The notes beneath the pieces are model-generated. The model ran no database searches, was not told the origin of the DNA, and worked only from the letters and a program-made list of their open reading frames with translations. 64,000 bases of DNA from positions 617 through 64,616 of the forward strand of contig JAJFFE010000316.1 of NCBI GenBank assembly GCA_021776775.1, written 5' to 3'. The position numbers were made by a program, and so were the translations under genes. Shown here piece by piece: positions 18,412 to 27,806 of this stretch. Positions within the stretch are counted from its first letter, which is position 1, and each line of letters opens with the position of its first letter. Origin of the DNA: Planctomycetota bacterium. Lineage in GTDB: Bacteria; Planctomycetota; UBA8108; UBA1146; JAJFFE01.

Positions 18412-19467
18412 ATGGCACGATCCCTTACGATCAACGGCAAGACGATCGACGACGACTCCCCGTGTTACGTCATCGCCGAAGTGGGTCACAACCACGGCGG
18501 CAAGCTCGAGACGTGCAAGGACCTCTTCCGTAAAGCGAAGGAGTCCGGGGCCAGCGCGGTGAAGCTGCAGAAGCGTCACAACAAGACGCTGTTCAGTCGC
18601 GAGGCGTACAACAGGCCGTATGACAACCCGAACAGTTACGGTGGCTCGTACGGCGAGCACCGCGAGTTCTTGGAGTTCGAACGCGCCGAGTACGAAGAGC
18701 TGATCCCGTTCTGCAAAGAACTGGGAATCGACTTCTTCTCGACCGCCTTCGACATCCGGAGCGCCGACTTCTTGGCCGAGCTCGACATGCCGGCGTACAA
18801 GATGGCGTCGGGGGACATTCGCAACACACCGCTCATTCGTCACGTGGCGAAGATCGGTAAGCCGATGATCATCTCGACCGGCGCCGCGACCCTCGACGAC
18901 GCGCGACGCGCGTTCGAAACGGCGGCCGAGCACAATACCCAGATTGCGCTGCTGCAGTGCACGGCAGGTTACCCGGCCGCGTTCGAAGAGCTCGATCTCG
19001 ACGTGATTCGCACGTACCGCGAACAGTTCCCGAACACCGTTTGCGGCTTGTCCGCGCACGACAACGGCATCGCCATGTCGCTGATCGCGTACGTCTTGGG
19101 TGCTCGCATTGTCGAGAAGCACTTCACGCTCAACCGAGCGATGAAGGGGACCGACCACGCGTTCAGTCTCGAACCGCTCGGTTTGCAGAAGATGGTGCGC
19201 GACCTCACGCGAGCGCGCGCGGCGATCGGCGACGGCGTGAAGAAGATCTACCCGTCGGAAGAGCCCGCGTTGGTGAAGATGGGCAAGCAGATCGTCGCGT
19301 CGACTGACCTTCGTGAAGGCGACGTCTTGAGCGCAGAGAACATCACCGTCCGTAGTCCGGGCGGCGAAGGTTTGATGCCATTCGAGTACGACAAGGTCCT
19401 CGGTATGAAGGCTCGTCGGGCGCTCGCGCAAGACACGCCGATTCGTCGTGAGGACTTGACGGGATGA
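18412..19467 (+). CDS. neuB: NeuB-family nonulosonic/ulosonic acid synthase (sialic acid synthase-like) with SAF domain
   Basis: YVIAEVGHNHGGKLETCKDLFRKAKESGASAVKLQKR N-terminal TIM-barrel motif. C-terminal SAF-like ITVRSPGGEGL. Confidence 0.85.
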   Translation: MARSLTINGKTIDDDSPCYVIAEVGHNHGGKLETCKDLFRKAKESGASAVKLQKRHNKTLFSREAYNRPYDNPNSYGGSYGEHREFLEFERAEYEELIPFCKELGIDFFSTAFDIRSADFLAELDMPAYKMASGDIRNTPLIRHVAKIGKPMIISTGAATLDDARRAFETAAEHNTQIALLQCTAGYPAAFEELDLDVIRTYREQFPNTVCGLSAHDNGIAMSLIAYVLGARIVEKHFTLNRAMKGTDHAFSLEPLGLQKMVRDLTRARAAIGDGVKKIYPSEEPALVKMGKQIVASTDLREGDVLSAENITVRSPGGEGLMPFEYDKVLGMKARRALAQDTPIRREDLTG

Positions 19468-20243
19468 TCGCCGGGGACGCGGACGCGAACCGCATGCGCG
19501 TGATCGGATTGATTCCGGCTCGGAGCGGATCGAAACGTGTCCCCAACAAGAACGTCCGCCGACTGGGCGAGCACCCGTTGCTCGCCTACACGATCGCGGC
19601 GGCGCAAGCGTCGGAGGTTTTCGACCGTGTGGTCGTCTCGACCGAAGACGAAGCGACCGCCGAGATCGCACGGCACTACGGGGCCGAGGTCCCGTTCCTT
19701 CGCCCGGCTGAGTTGGCCGCGGACTCCTCGACCGACATCGACTGGATCGAGCAGTTCCTGGCCGTGTTGGTCAAGCAGGGAGAGTGTCCCGAGGCGTACT
19801 CCATTCTGCGGCCGACCAGCCCGTTTCGCCTGCCGTCCACCATACACCGAGCGTGGAATGCGTTTCGCGCGGCCGACGGTGTCGACTCGTTGCGCGCGGT
19901 CGAACCGGTCAAGCAGCACCCCGGCAAGATGTGGGTGGTGCGCGGTCAGCGACTGTTGCCGCTGCTCCCCTTCGGCCCCCCTGAGCAACCGTGGCACTCG
20001 AGTCCGACGCAATCGCTGCCGCAGGTGTACGTGCAGAACGCCAGTCTCGAGATTTCGTGGACTCGCCTCGCGCTCGAGCAGCGATCCATCGCCGGAGAAA
20101 CCATCCTTCCCTTCGTGACTGACGAGTGGGAGGGATTCGATATCAACGACCCCGAAGACTTCGAGCGGGCGGAGCGCATCGTCGCGGCCGGTACCGTCGA
20201 GATCCCCGAGATCAACGTCAACGCGTACGATCTCGCGAACTGA
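19464..20243 (+). CDS. neuA: Acylneuraminate (CMP-nonulosonate) cytidylyltransferase
   Basis: IPARSGSKRVPNKN motif of the CTP_transf_3 family. 4-nt overlap with neuB. Confidence 0.85.
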   Translation: MIAGDADANRMRVIGLIPARSGSKRVPNKNVRRLGEHPLLAYTIAAAQASEVFDRVVVSTEDEATAEIARHYGAEVPFLRPAELAADSSTDIDWIEQFLAVLVKQGECPEAYSILRPTSPFRLPSTIHRAWNAFRAADGVDSLRAVEPVKQHPGKMWVVRGQRLLPLLPFGPPEQPWHSSPTQSLPQVYVQNASLEISWTRLALEQRSIAGETILPFVTDEWEGFDINDPEDFERAERIVAAGTVEIPEINVNAYDLAN

Positions 20244-20261
20244 AAACCCAGGAGCGTTCCG

Positions 20262-22157
20262 ATGGCTGAGTTACTGTTTGCCCCGAAGTCCGAGTTCGAT
20301 CGCGTCCTTGCCTCTACTGACAAGCTCGGTCGCGTGCGCGCGTTCTCCGCGCTCGCTCGACTCAATACCATGAGCATGATCAAGCAAGCCGGCTCGGGTC
20401 ACATCGGCACGAGCTTCAGCTGTCTCGAGCTGGTCTCCTGGATTCACCTCGAAGGAATGCGTCGCTGCGACAACCCCGCCGACGGCTTCCGCGACATCGC
20501 GTTCTCGTCGAAGGGGCACGACGCTCCCGCGCTCTACGCCGTCTTGACCGGTCTTGGGTTGCTCGACTTCGATCTCGTGCACAAGCTGCGTCGGATCGAC
20601 GGACTGCCGGGTCACCCGGACGTGTCGACGCCGCACGTCTTGACCAACACCGGATCGCTGGGCATGGGCATTTCGAAAGCGCGCGGCATGTTGCACGCGG
20701 CGCGTCTCGACGGTCGCGACGACCACGCGTTCGTGGTCACCGGTGACGGCGAACTTCAAGAGGGACAGTTCTGGGAGTCACTGCAGCCGACGGTCAACCT
20801 CGGGGTGTCGGACATCACCGTGGTCATCGACCACAACAAGATTCAGTCGGACACCTGGGTCGAGCGGGTGAGCGATCTCGGCGATCTCGAGCGCAAACTC
20901 GAGAGCTACGGTTGGCGGGTCAGCCGCATCGACGGGCACGACGTGACGGCCATCGACGCGGCGCTCTCGGTGCGAGACGATCGGCCCCACATTGTGATCG
21001 CCGACACCATCAAGGGGCATGGCGTTTCGTTCATGCAGTCGACCGAGTTCCCGGACGACGGCAAGTTCTACGGTTATCACTCGGGGGCGCCGTCCGATGA
21101 AGACTACGCCGCCGGTCTCGAAGAGCTACTGGCGACCGCCAACGACGCGTTGTCCGCGATCGGGCTCGATGAGTTGTCGGTCAAGCGCGTGCCGATGCCG
21201 AGCAAGGTCGCGCCGCCGCCCACTGCGCAGAAGCTCGTCGGTGCGTACGGACGCGCACTCGTCGAACAGGCGACCAAGAACAAAGACATTGTCGCCCTCG
21301 ACGCTGACTTGGTGCTCGACACCGGACTCACCGAATTCGTCGAGCGTTTCCCGGACCGCTTCATCGAGTGCGGTATCGCGGAAATGGACATGGTCTCGCA
21401 AGCGGGCGGACTCGCACTTCGCGGCAAGCTGCCGGTGGTGCACTCATTCGCGTGTTTCCTGAGCACCCGTCCCAACGAACAGATCTACAACAACGCGACC
21501 GAACGGACCAAGATCGTCTACGCCGGATCGCTCGCCGGCGTCGTGCCCGGCGGACCGGGCCACTCGCACCAGTGCGTGCGGGACATCGCAGCACTGTCGG
21601 GAACGCCCGGCTTCTTCCTGGTAGAGCCGGCCACGGAAGCGGAGGTCACCAAGGTGGTCGACTTCTGTCTGAACCGCACCGAGGAGAGCTCTTACATTCG
21701 CCTCGTCAGCATCCCGTGCGACGTCCCGTTCTCAGTGCAGGACGTTCCTCTGGTGGAAGGGCAAGGCAGCGCCATTCGTGACGGCGCCGACGCGATCCTC
21801 TTTTCATACGGACCGGTGGCATTGAGCGAAGCGTGGCGTGCCGCGGAGAAGCTCGACGCAATGGGGGTCGCGCTGCGCATCGTCAACCAGCCGTGGCTCG
21901 ACCGCGTCGACAACGAGTGGCTGGCCAAAGAAGTCGGCGGGTACTCGAAGATCGTCACCGTCGATAACCACTACATCGAAGGCGGCCAAGGCAACATGCT
22001 AGCCGCGGCGATCGCTAGCTTCGGTGAGAAGAAGCAAGTGCACCGCATCGGCCTGACCGAGATCCCGGCCTGCGGAACCAACGACGAAGTGTTGAAGCAT
22101 CACCGACTCGATGCAGAGAGCCTGGTCGAAGACATCTTCGCGTTCGTGCGCAGCTAG
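20262..22157 (+). CDS. Transketolase-family TPP enzyme
   Basis: The region SGHIGTSFS...SSKGHDAPALYAVLTGLG...LPGHPDV...TGSLGMGISKARGM...VVTGDGELQEG aligns with the TktA TPP-binding region. 631 aa, single polypeptide. Confidence 0.8.
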   Translation: MAELLFAPKSEFDRVLASTDKLGRVRAFSALARLNTMSMIKQAGSGHIGTSFSCLELVSWIHLEGMRRCDNPADGFRDIAFSSKGHDAPALYAVLTGLGLLDFDLVHKLRRIDGLPGHPDVSTPHVLTNTGSLGMGISKARGMLHAARLDGRDDHAFVVTGDGELQEGQFWESLQPTVNLGVSDITVVIDHNKIQSDTWVERVSDLGDLERKLESYGWRVSRIDGHDVTAIDAALSVRDDRPHIVIADTIKGHGVSFMQSTEFPDDGKFYGYHSGAPSDEDYAAGLEELLATANDALSAIGLDELSVKRVPMPSKVAPPPTAQKLVGAYGRALVEQATKNKDIVALDADLVLDTGLTEFVERFPDRFIECGIAEMDMVSQAGGLALRGKLPVVHSFACFLSTRPNEQIYNNATERTKIVYAGSLAGVVPGGPGHSHQCVRDIAALSGTPGFFLVEPATEAEVTKVVDFCLNRTEESSYIRLVSIPCDVPFSVQDVPLVEGQGSAIRDGADAILFSYGPVALSEAWRAAEKLDAMGVALRIVNQPWLDRVDNEWLAKEVGGYSKIVTVDNHYIEGGQGNMLAAAIASFGEKKQVHRIGLTEIPACGTNDEVLKHHRLDAESLVEDIFAFVRS

Positions 22158-22571
22158 TGTGAACGGCGGGCGTCGCGCGACTGGTGGTCGAACCACTGGC
22201 CAGCCCACCCGGCAGTGAGTCGATCTACTATCCCCCGGTGTCAGGGATTGTTGTCGTCATGAATCAAAAGGCCGAAACGCTTCCGACGAGTGCACGCGTA
22301 GCCTAACTCTTTCCCGTGAGGCGGGTCCGGCCCCGGCGGGAGTTGGGTCTCCTGCCTCCGGGGGGATCGATTCGAACAACATTCAGCGGGCGATGGAGTT
22401 GCCGCAGAGTCCTTGAAGAGCTTGAAATGCAAGCCTACGGGCCCCCTACGCAGGGAAGAACACGTCGCGGGAGATCCACGCCTAGCGTCATTTCACAGGA
22501 TTGCCCGTACCAAACCTGTGCGGCTCCGTAGGCTCACCCGATAGTCAAGCTCGGCCGCCAAAGGAGGAGTA

Positions 22572-23348
22572 ATGAAATTCGCTGTTCTTGCAATCGTGAT
22601 CCTTGGTCGAGTCGGTCATGTCACGGGCGCGACACTGTCGGTTCCGACGGACTTCCCGACGATACAATCCGCGATATCTGTCGCAGTGTCAGGCGATACG
22701 ATCGAAGTCGCGTCGGGGACCTATAACGAGACAATCGAACTCGAAGGCAAGGATCTCACGCTCGTCGGCTTGTCCGGGCCCCAAGATACGTGGATTGTTG
22801 GCGACCTAACTTCAACGGTCGTCGCTGCAACTCTCGGAGAGAACTTCGAACTGCGCGGGCTCACAATTGCATACGGAGGCAGTCCCCCCCCCGGTCCAGG
22901 GGGTGGGATTCATATCGTCAGCGGTACCGGCGTTATCGTGGACTGCATCTTCCGAGACAATGTTGCCTGGGAGGGCGGCGCCATCTTCGCGGACGACTCC
23001 GAACTCTATGTCTCTCAAACGGTCTTCGCAAACAACTCGTCTCTTCGAGGTGGTGGGATCTACAGTCTCGGCGGTTCGTTGAATTTAACCCAGTGTGAAT
23101 TCGACAGCAACACGGGCTGGAGCTTTGGCGGGGGCTTGTTCTCGTCTGGAAACGCGGTGGTCGCGGAATGCGTGTTTCGCAACAACGGCTCTGAGTCGGG
23201 AGCTGGTATCAACCTTTGCTGTGGGAGCCCCGGCCCTGTGATTCTTGAACTCTCCAACACAATTTTCGACTCGAACATCGCCGGAATCGGCGGTGCGGTC
23301 TCCCTCGACCAAGCGCAGAGGTCCTGCCCCGGGGTCGTTTTGAGATGA
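22572..23348 (+). CDS. Secreted right-handed parallel beta-helix repeat protein
   Basis: Signal peptide MKFAVLAIVILGRVGHVTGA. Repeated G-rich beta-helix rungs (IHIVSGTGVIVDCIFRDN, GGGIYSLGGSLNLTQCEFDSN, NAVVAECVFRNN). RBS AAAGGAGGAG. Confidence 0.75.
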   Translation: MKFAVLAIVILGRVGHVTGATLSVPTDFPTIQSAISVAVSGDTIEVASGTYNETIELEGKDLTLVGLSGPQDTWIVGDLTSTVVAATLGENFELRGLTIAYGGSPPPGPGGGIHIVSGTGVIVDCIFRDNVAWEGGAIFADDSELYVSQTVFANNSSLRGGGIYSLGGSLNLTQCEFDSNTGWSFGGGLFSSGNAVVAECVFRNNGSESGAGINLCCGSPGPVILELSNTIFDSNIAGIGGAVSLDQAQRSCPGVVLR

Positions 23349-23573
23349 TCGACTCGGACGTTCCTATTCTTCGAGTACCGGCAGTGTGTGAGTTGAGGAT
23401 GCCACCCGTGAGGCGGATGAACGAGTCCAAAACTCGAACTCGAGTCCGCTCTGGGCCCCATCTTGTGTCCACGAGGCGCAGATGGCCACGAGGCTCCCAG
23501 GCGGTGCTCTGTCGAGCACCACTTGGGAGCCTCTAGGCTGGCTGAGGCGAAGATTGTCGTCGACATTCGCAGA

Positions 23574-24548
23574 TTACGGGTCGTCGGTCAGTAGCTCACT
23601 CCAGATGCACTCGCCCCAGGGAGTTCGATCGAAGCCGATCCGGAAGTGCATGACCCAAGTACCGACCGGAAAGGTGACGTCCTTCGTGCCAGCACGCACC
23701 TGGTTGAGGACGGAACGGTACCGTTGGTTGCGACGTCGACGCCACTCGAGCATCGAGATGCGCAGTTGCGTATTCTTGCAGGCTACGTGAGGTACTCGCT
23801 CGAAGAGCGGAGGGTCCTGCGTCGGGCTCGCCGTCAGGGATTGACGGAGGATCTTCTTTCGACCAGCGAAACTTTTTCCGGCCGTAGCCATCTCTTCGCA
23901 TTTGTCCTGTTCGCGACGGTTGTGCTCCTCCGACATGCGCTGTCGAAGCTCTTCTTGCGAGCAATCCATTACCTTCGGAATGGCGAAGGTGACGATGACG
24001 TACTCAGGAAGGCCTTCGAAGCTGTAGAAGAGCTGAGGGCGTTTGATCCGCAGCGTCAAGCGTCCCATCTGGCTCGGGAGGATACAGACGCCCGGCCACT
24101 TCTTCGCATGAGAGACGAGTTCGGCCTGCACCGCTTGAAGTGAGATATAGCAGCCGTGGTCAATGACGTCCTCGGCGAACGGGGCGACGAGGACACAGTT
24201 GACTCCTTCAGGGTCGAGGAGGTTGCCTCGTCGACCTCGAATACAGTTCGTCGATCGACTCAAGAGGCTGAAGAAGCGAGTGTTGTACTCCTGAAGTCGA
24301 TCACCTTCGACATCGGTCAGCAAACTGTGACCATGGTTCGACAGAAGAGACGCGAGATGGTGAACGACGCCCGTGGTGCCTTCGGCATAGCCGAGTAGGT
24401 AGAGAAAGTTCTCGTTGATGTCCTCGTCGGGACGAAACCAGTACTGCCCCGTGGTCGTACGGAACGTGAGTTTGTGGATCGAGCCGGGCGGACTGATGAC
24501 GGGTGGGGTAACCACGAGAGACGCCTCCTTGTGAAGGCGCCATTGCAT
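23574..24548 (-). CDS. Hypothetical protein (lower-GC islet)
   Basis: 324-aa ORF with no recognisable motif. Local GC is roughly 57% against ~65% elsewhere, with AT-rich codons used. Confidence 0.5.
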   Translation of the reverse strand: MQWRLHKEASLVVTPPVISPPGSIHKLTFRTTTGQYWFRPDEDINENFLYLLGYAEGTTGVVHHLASLLSNHGHSLLTDVEGDRLQEYNTRFFSLLSRSTNCIRGRRGNLLDPEGVNCVLVAPFAEDVIDHGCYISLQAVQAELVSHAKKWPGVCILPSQMGRLTLRIKRPQLFYSFEGLPEYVIVTFAIPKVMDCSQEELRQRMSEEHNRREQDKCEEMATAGKSFAGRKKILRQSLTASPTQDPPLFERVPHVACKNTQLRISMLEWRRRRNQRYRSVLNQVRAGTKDVTFPVGTWVMHFRIGFDRTPWGECIWSELLTDDP

Positions 24549-24821
24549 GCGGCGCGCCAGGACCCTCGGAGGCGTTGAGATCTAGCGCAACGCGCGGCGA
24601 TTGGAATGAACGCAGGTGGGAAGAGCGCATGATTCGAGTCTGGACTTCGGTTTAGGCGACTCGATACGGTTCGATCGTCCAATTGCGGACGGGTCAGGTC
24701 GGTGGGACATCGCGCGTACCGGCCACGTGACCTGAGAAGACCCGGGGGCGGGGCTGGCGTAGCCACACCCGCGCAACGAACCGAGTCTCCCCGTTACCGA
24801 GGCTTCGCACGCAGACGGGAC

Positions 24822-25319
24822 CTATAACCACATTCGGTGTAAGCCAGCCGCACGGCGCGCGTCGGCCATTTGACCACGATGCATATACCAGTGGTCGGCA
24901 ACAAACTGTAGGCAGAGGCGATACGTGCCGAACGTATCCTCGAAGCCTTCGGGTGTATTGGCGCTAGCTTCGTCGAGGTCATCCTCGGACAATGAGTCGA
25001 GGCGTGCCGTGGTCCACTCGCGCATCTCGCGACACGCCGAAAGGACTTCGTCGAACGGCGGGTAGTCGGTCGCTTCCCCAGTCGTGTCGGATCCGTCGAA
25101 GACGCTCTTCCACTCCGCTAGCGGATTCGACTCGCCCAGCATGAACTCCCGAATGACGAGCGCTTCGATGTACGCCAAATGTCCGAGCACCCAGATCGTA
25201 TGGCCGCCGCCGTTCGGAGTCGGAAACACCACGCCGTGGTCACGCATGTCCTCGACTTTGGCGAGCACTCGCTCGGTGCTCTTCTTCAAGTTGTCACGTA
25301 TGAGATCAATCGACTGCAT
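24822..25319 (-). CDS. DinB/YfiT-like (DinB_2) four-helix-bundle metal-binding protein
   Basis: VLGHLAYIEALV and HWYMHRGQ histidine motifs. Confidence 0.8.
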   Translation of the reverse strand: MQSIDLIRDNLKKSTERVLAKVEDMRDHGVVFPTPNGGGHTIWVLGHLAYIEALVIREFMLGESNPLAEWKSVFDGSDTTGEATDYPPFDEVLSACREMREWTTARLDSLSEDDLDEASANTPEGFEDTFGTYRLCLQFVADHWYMHRGQMADARRAAGLHRMWL

Positions 25320-25331
25320 GGTTCCTCGGAT

Positions 25332-25958
25332 CTATCCCTCGTCACGTGCGAGTAACTCAGCGATCTTCCGCTTCAGGTTGGTGCGCGCTCGCTCTTCGCA
25401 TCGTTCGCCGAGCAGCTCCGTGTTGTAGATTCGCGTTCGTTCCAAGAAGCTCGTCAGTATTCGTGCGCGCCCGGCCCGGTACTCCGACTCGGGAACCCAA
25501 TGGTACTCGCGCCGGATGGCCGCGTCGTACGTCTCGAACACGTCGGCCGGCGTGCCCAGAATTGCGAGATCGATATCGAGCATGATCTGCGCATCGATAT
25601 CAAGGGCTCGGTGCGCCTTCGTCGCGAGAATCAACGTCGCGACTCGGTCCACGACCTCTGCGGGGGCGCCTACCGACTCGAGGAATCGACGGGCCCAATC
25701 CGCACTACACTCCTCGCTGTCGGACCGTCGGGTGTCGTACACGGCGTCGTGAAACCAGAACGCGACTTCTATCTCGGCTGGCCGCACGGCTGACGCTCGA
25801 AGGGTATCGAGCCGGGACAAGCATTCAGACACGTGCATGTCGGTGTGGTAGTGCCGTTCGGGTGATGTGTACGCGGTCTTCAGGTCGTCGAAGATCTTCG
25901 ACGTCGGCGGCGCACCAATCGTGAGCAGGCTGCGTTCTAGGTTTTCGCGAGTGAACAT
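25332..25958 (-). CDS. HD-superfamily metal-dependent phosphohydrolase-like protein (COG4339-like)
   Basis: HYHTDMHVSECL ... FWFHDAVYD (H...HD). Likely start at MFTRENLERS. The ORF track extends to 26006. Confidence 0.7.
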   Translation of the reverse strand: MFTRENLERSLLTIGAPPTSKIFDDLKTAYTSPERHYHTDMHVSECLSRLDTLRASAVRPAEIEVAFWFHDAVYDTRRSDSEECSADWARRFLESVGAPAEVVDRVATLILATKAHRALDIDAQIMLDIDLAILGTPADVFETYDAAIRREYHWVPESEYRAGRARILTSFLERTRIYNTELLGERCEERARTNLKRKIAELLARDEG

Positions 25959-26060
25959 TACTGTCCTCGGTTGAGGTCGGCGATCCGGTCGTCGCCGTTC
26001 TTGCAAGCGTAGACGGCATAGTGCGGGATCACTTATCGAGGGCGCCCGCGAAGGGCCGGG

Positions 26061-26306
26061 TCACGTCAGCGTCCAAACCAGCGCTCGGCCGGGCCCTTTG
26101 ACTCGCGCCAGCCCGATGTCGTTCTCGAGTCGCTTGGTCCACGTCGGGCAAGGTCGCTCGTACGGAAGGTCCGCGCGCTCACGGAGTTCGGACCAGGTTA
26201 GCCCGTTTCCGCTGCGTCGAAGCTCGCTTTGGATCGTCGCCTTGAACTCTTCGTATCGCACCAGTCTTCTCTCGGTGGATTCGTCAGGGCGTCCGCCCTG
26301 GTTCAT
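26061..26306 (-). CDS. Small hypothetical protein (81 aa)
   Basis: Intact ORF in an otherwise gene-dense stretch. No motif recognised. Confidence 0.35.
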   Translation of the reverse strand: MNQGGRPDESTERRLVRYEEFKATIQSELRRSGNGLTWSELRERADLPYERPCPTWTKRLENDIGLARVKGPGRALVWTLT

Positions 26307-26578
26307 CCCGGGGCAGAGTCGCGTGTTACAGACGACAGATGGTAACCGCGTACGCCGTTCGGAGACAGATTCGAGGGTCGGGTGCGCGCCCCTCGCGGGC
26401 TATCGATTCAGAATCTTGGGAATTTGTGTGGGGTGTGGGGTCGCTGGTGCCACTACGGCGTGAAGGTCGCGGAGACCGGTGACGACGCCCATGCGGCTGC
26501 GACGCCCGTGCGGCCAAGACAATCATGCGGCGACTCCCGCTTCGGCGGCTGGCCGCACCCCGCCATTGGAGGCTGACC

Positions 26579-26866
26579 ATGTCCGATACCAAGATCGTTT
26601 CTGCTACTGCTTCGCCCGTCGCGGCCGCCGTGTTCCTGGCGCTCGCTGCTTTGACCGCGAGCACCATCGACTTTTCCGCCACGACGACGGTCCTAACTCT
26701 CGGCGTGGTCCAGTTCGCGATCTACCTCGGCCTTGCGATCGCAGCGTTCACGCTTCGTCACCGACCCATTGCTACCAAGGGTCATCCGCGTTGGCAACTC
26801 ATCGCCGCGTCCGCGGTAGTCCTCGCGATCACCGCGATTGGAGTCGTCGCCACGTTCAACATGTAG
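26579..26866 (+). CDS. Small hypothetical membrane protein (3 predicted TM helices)
   Basis: MSDTKIVSATASPVAAAVFLALAALTAS...VVQFAIYLGLAIAAFTL...IAASAVVLAITAIGVVATF. Confidence 0.45.
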   Translation: MSDTKIVSATASPVAAAVFLALAALTASTIDFSATTTVLTLGVVQFAIYLGLAIAAFTLRHRPIATKGHPRWQLIAASAVVLAITAIGVVATFNM

Positions 26867-26964
26867 CCGTGATGACGAAGAACGAGACGGGCCACATATG
26901 CCCGTCTTCTTCGTCTTGACCTCTGCTACGCGACCGACCGTCCACTAGCCCCGGAGCGGCAACC

Positions 26965-27720
26965 CTAATTTGCGTCACTCGCACTGATTCGAACGCGGCC
27001 GATTAGATCGCCGCGGAAGTCGCGGAACTCGCCGATGAACTCGATGCCGAAGAGCTTCGCCCATCCTACGTTTGGTTGAGTTTTGAGGCGTCGCACCATG
27101 TTCTCGCGAATGGTTGCCTCGATGCGGGTGCGATCGGTTTCGGAGGCGACGATGTTGGCGAGCTCGTAGCGGACGGTGAGCACGCTGCCAGGTCCCGCGG
27201 TCGCTCCGGTCAGGGTTACGTTCTCGTCTATCTTCGTGGGGGCGTTCTCGGTGATCTTCTCTGCCGTACTTTCGAGTCCCCGCACGACGAGAACGTTCAT
27301 CGCTCCGAACGCAAGGAGGCCGAGGACGAGCAAGCTGACGATGGACCACACGACGATCTTGCCGCCTTTGCCTTTCCTCTGGAGCTGTCCCCGCGCCGGA
27401 GCGCGTCGCCCGTGTCCCTGCTGACTTCCGCGCGGTACTGTGCCGCGAGGTGCAGTGCCGCGAGGTGCAGTGCCGCGGCGGGGCAGCTCTCGCCGCGGCC
27501 GAGTCCCAGCCCCCGACTCTGTCGCTGGTTCCGGTAGCGGAGCGGCTTCCGCCGGCGGCGCCCCCGAGATGGCGTGCAGGATGTCGATCGGATCTCCGGT
27601 CTCCGCGTCGTAAACACGCAACGTCTCGGGCAACTTGCCGTTCTCTACAAGTTCTTCGAGCTGTTGCGGAGAGTAGGGGCCGCGGTTGCCAGATTTTGTA
27701 CGAACGACATAGCCGTTCAT
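26965..27720 (-). CDS. Membrane-anchored protein with N-terminal DUF4339 (GYF-like) domain and conserved C-terminal domain
   Basis: N-terminal MNGYVVRTKSGNRGPYSPQQLEELVENGKLPETLRVYDAETGDPI. Pro/Arg/Gly-rich linker. TM IVVWSIVSLLVLGLLAFGAM. C-terminal ...IEFIGEFRDFRGDLIGRVRI, shared with the neighbouring gene. Confidence 0.7.
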   Translation of the reverse strand: MNGYVVRTKSGNRGPYSPQQLEELVENGKLPETLRVYDAETGDPIDILHAISGAPPAEAAPLPEPATESGAGTRPRRELPRRGTAPRGTAPRGTVPRGSQQGHGRRAPARGQLQRKGKGGKIVVWSIVSLLVLGLLAFGAMNVLVVRGLESTAEKITENAPTKIDENVTLTGATAGPGSVLTVRYELANIVASETDRTRIEATIRENMVRRLKTQPNVGWAKLFGIEFIGEFRDFRGDLIGRVRISASDAN

Positions 27721-27806
27721 GGTGATCTCCTTGATGCGTCTGTCGGTTGTATGGACTCGTCACTGCGAGCCACTCGTGCAATAAAGTCGATTGGCGTCGT
27801 CGGCGA

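Noticed and set aside
18367-19671. 434-aa minus-strand ORF antisense to neuB/neuA
   Set aside because: High-GC shadow ORF. neuB and neuA have clear family motifs.
20262-22157. Possible 1-deoxy-D-xylulose-5-phosphate synthase (DXS) instead of transketolase
   Set aside because: The N-terminal region aligns residue-by-residue with the TktA TPP-binding region (SxGH...PGHPE...TGxLGxGI), not with the DXS GHxxxS pattern.
22300-22400. tRNA-like T-loop-like strings (gatcgattcgaac) in the intergenic region upstream of the beta-helix gene
   Set aside because: No acceptor or anticodon stems can be formed around it. Likely coincidental.
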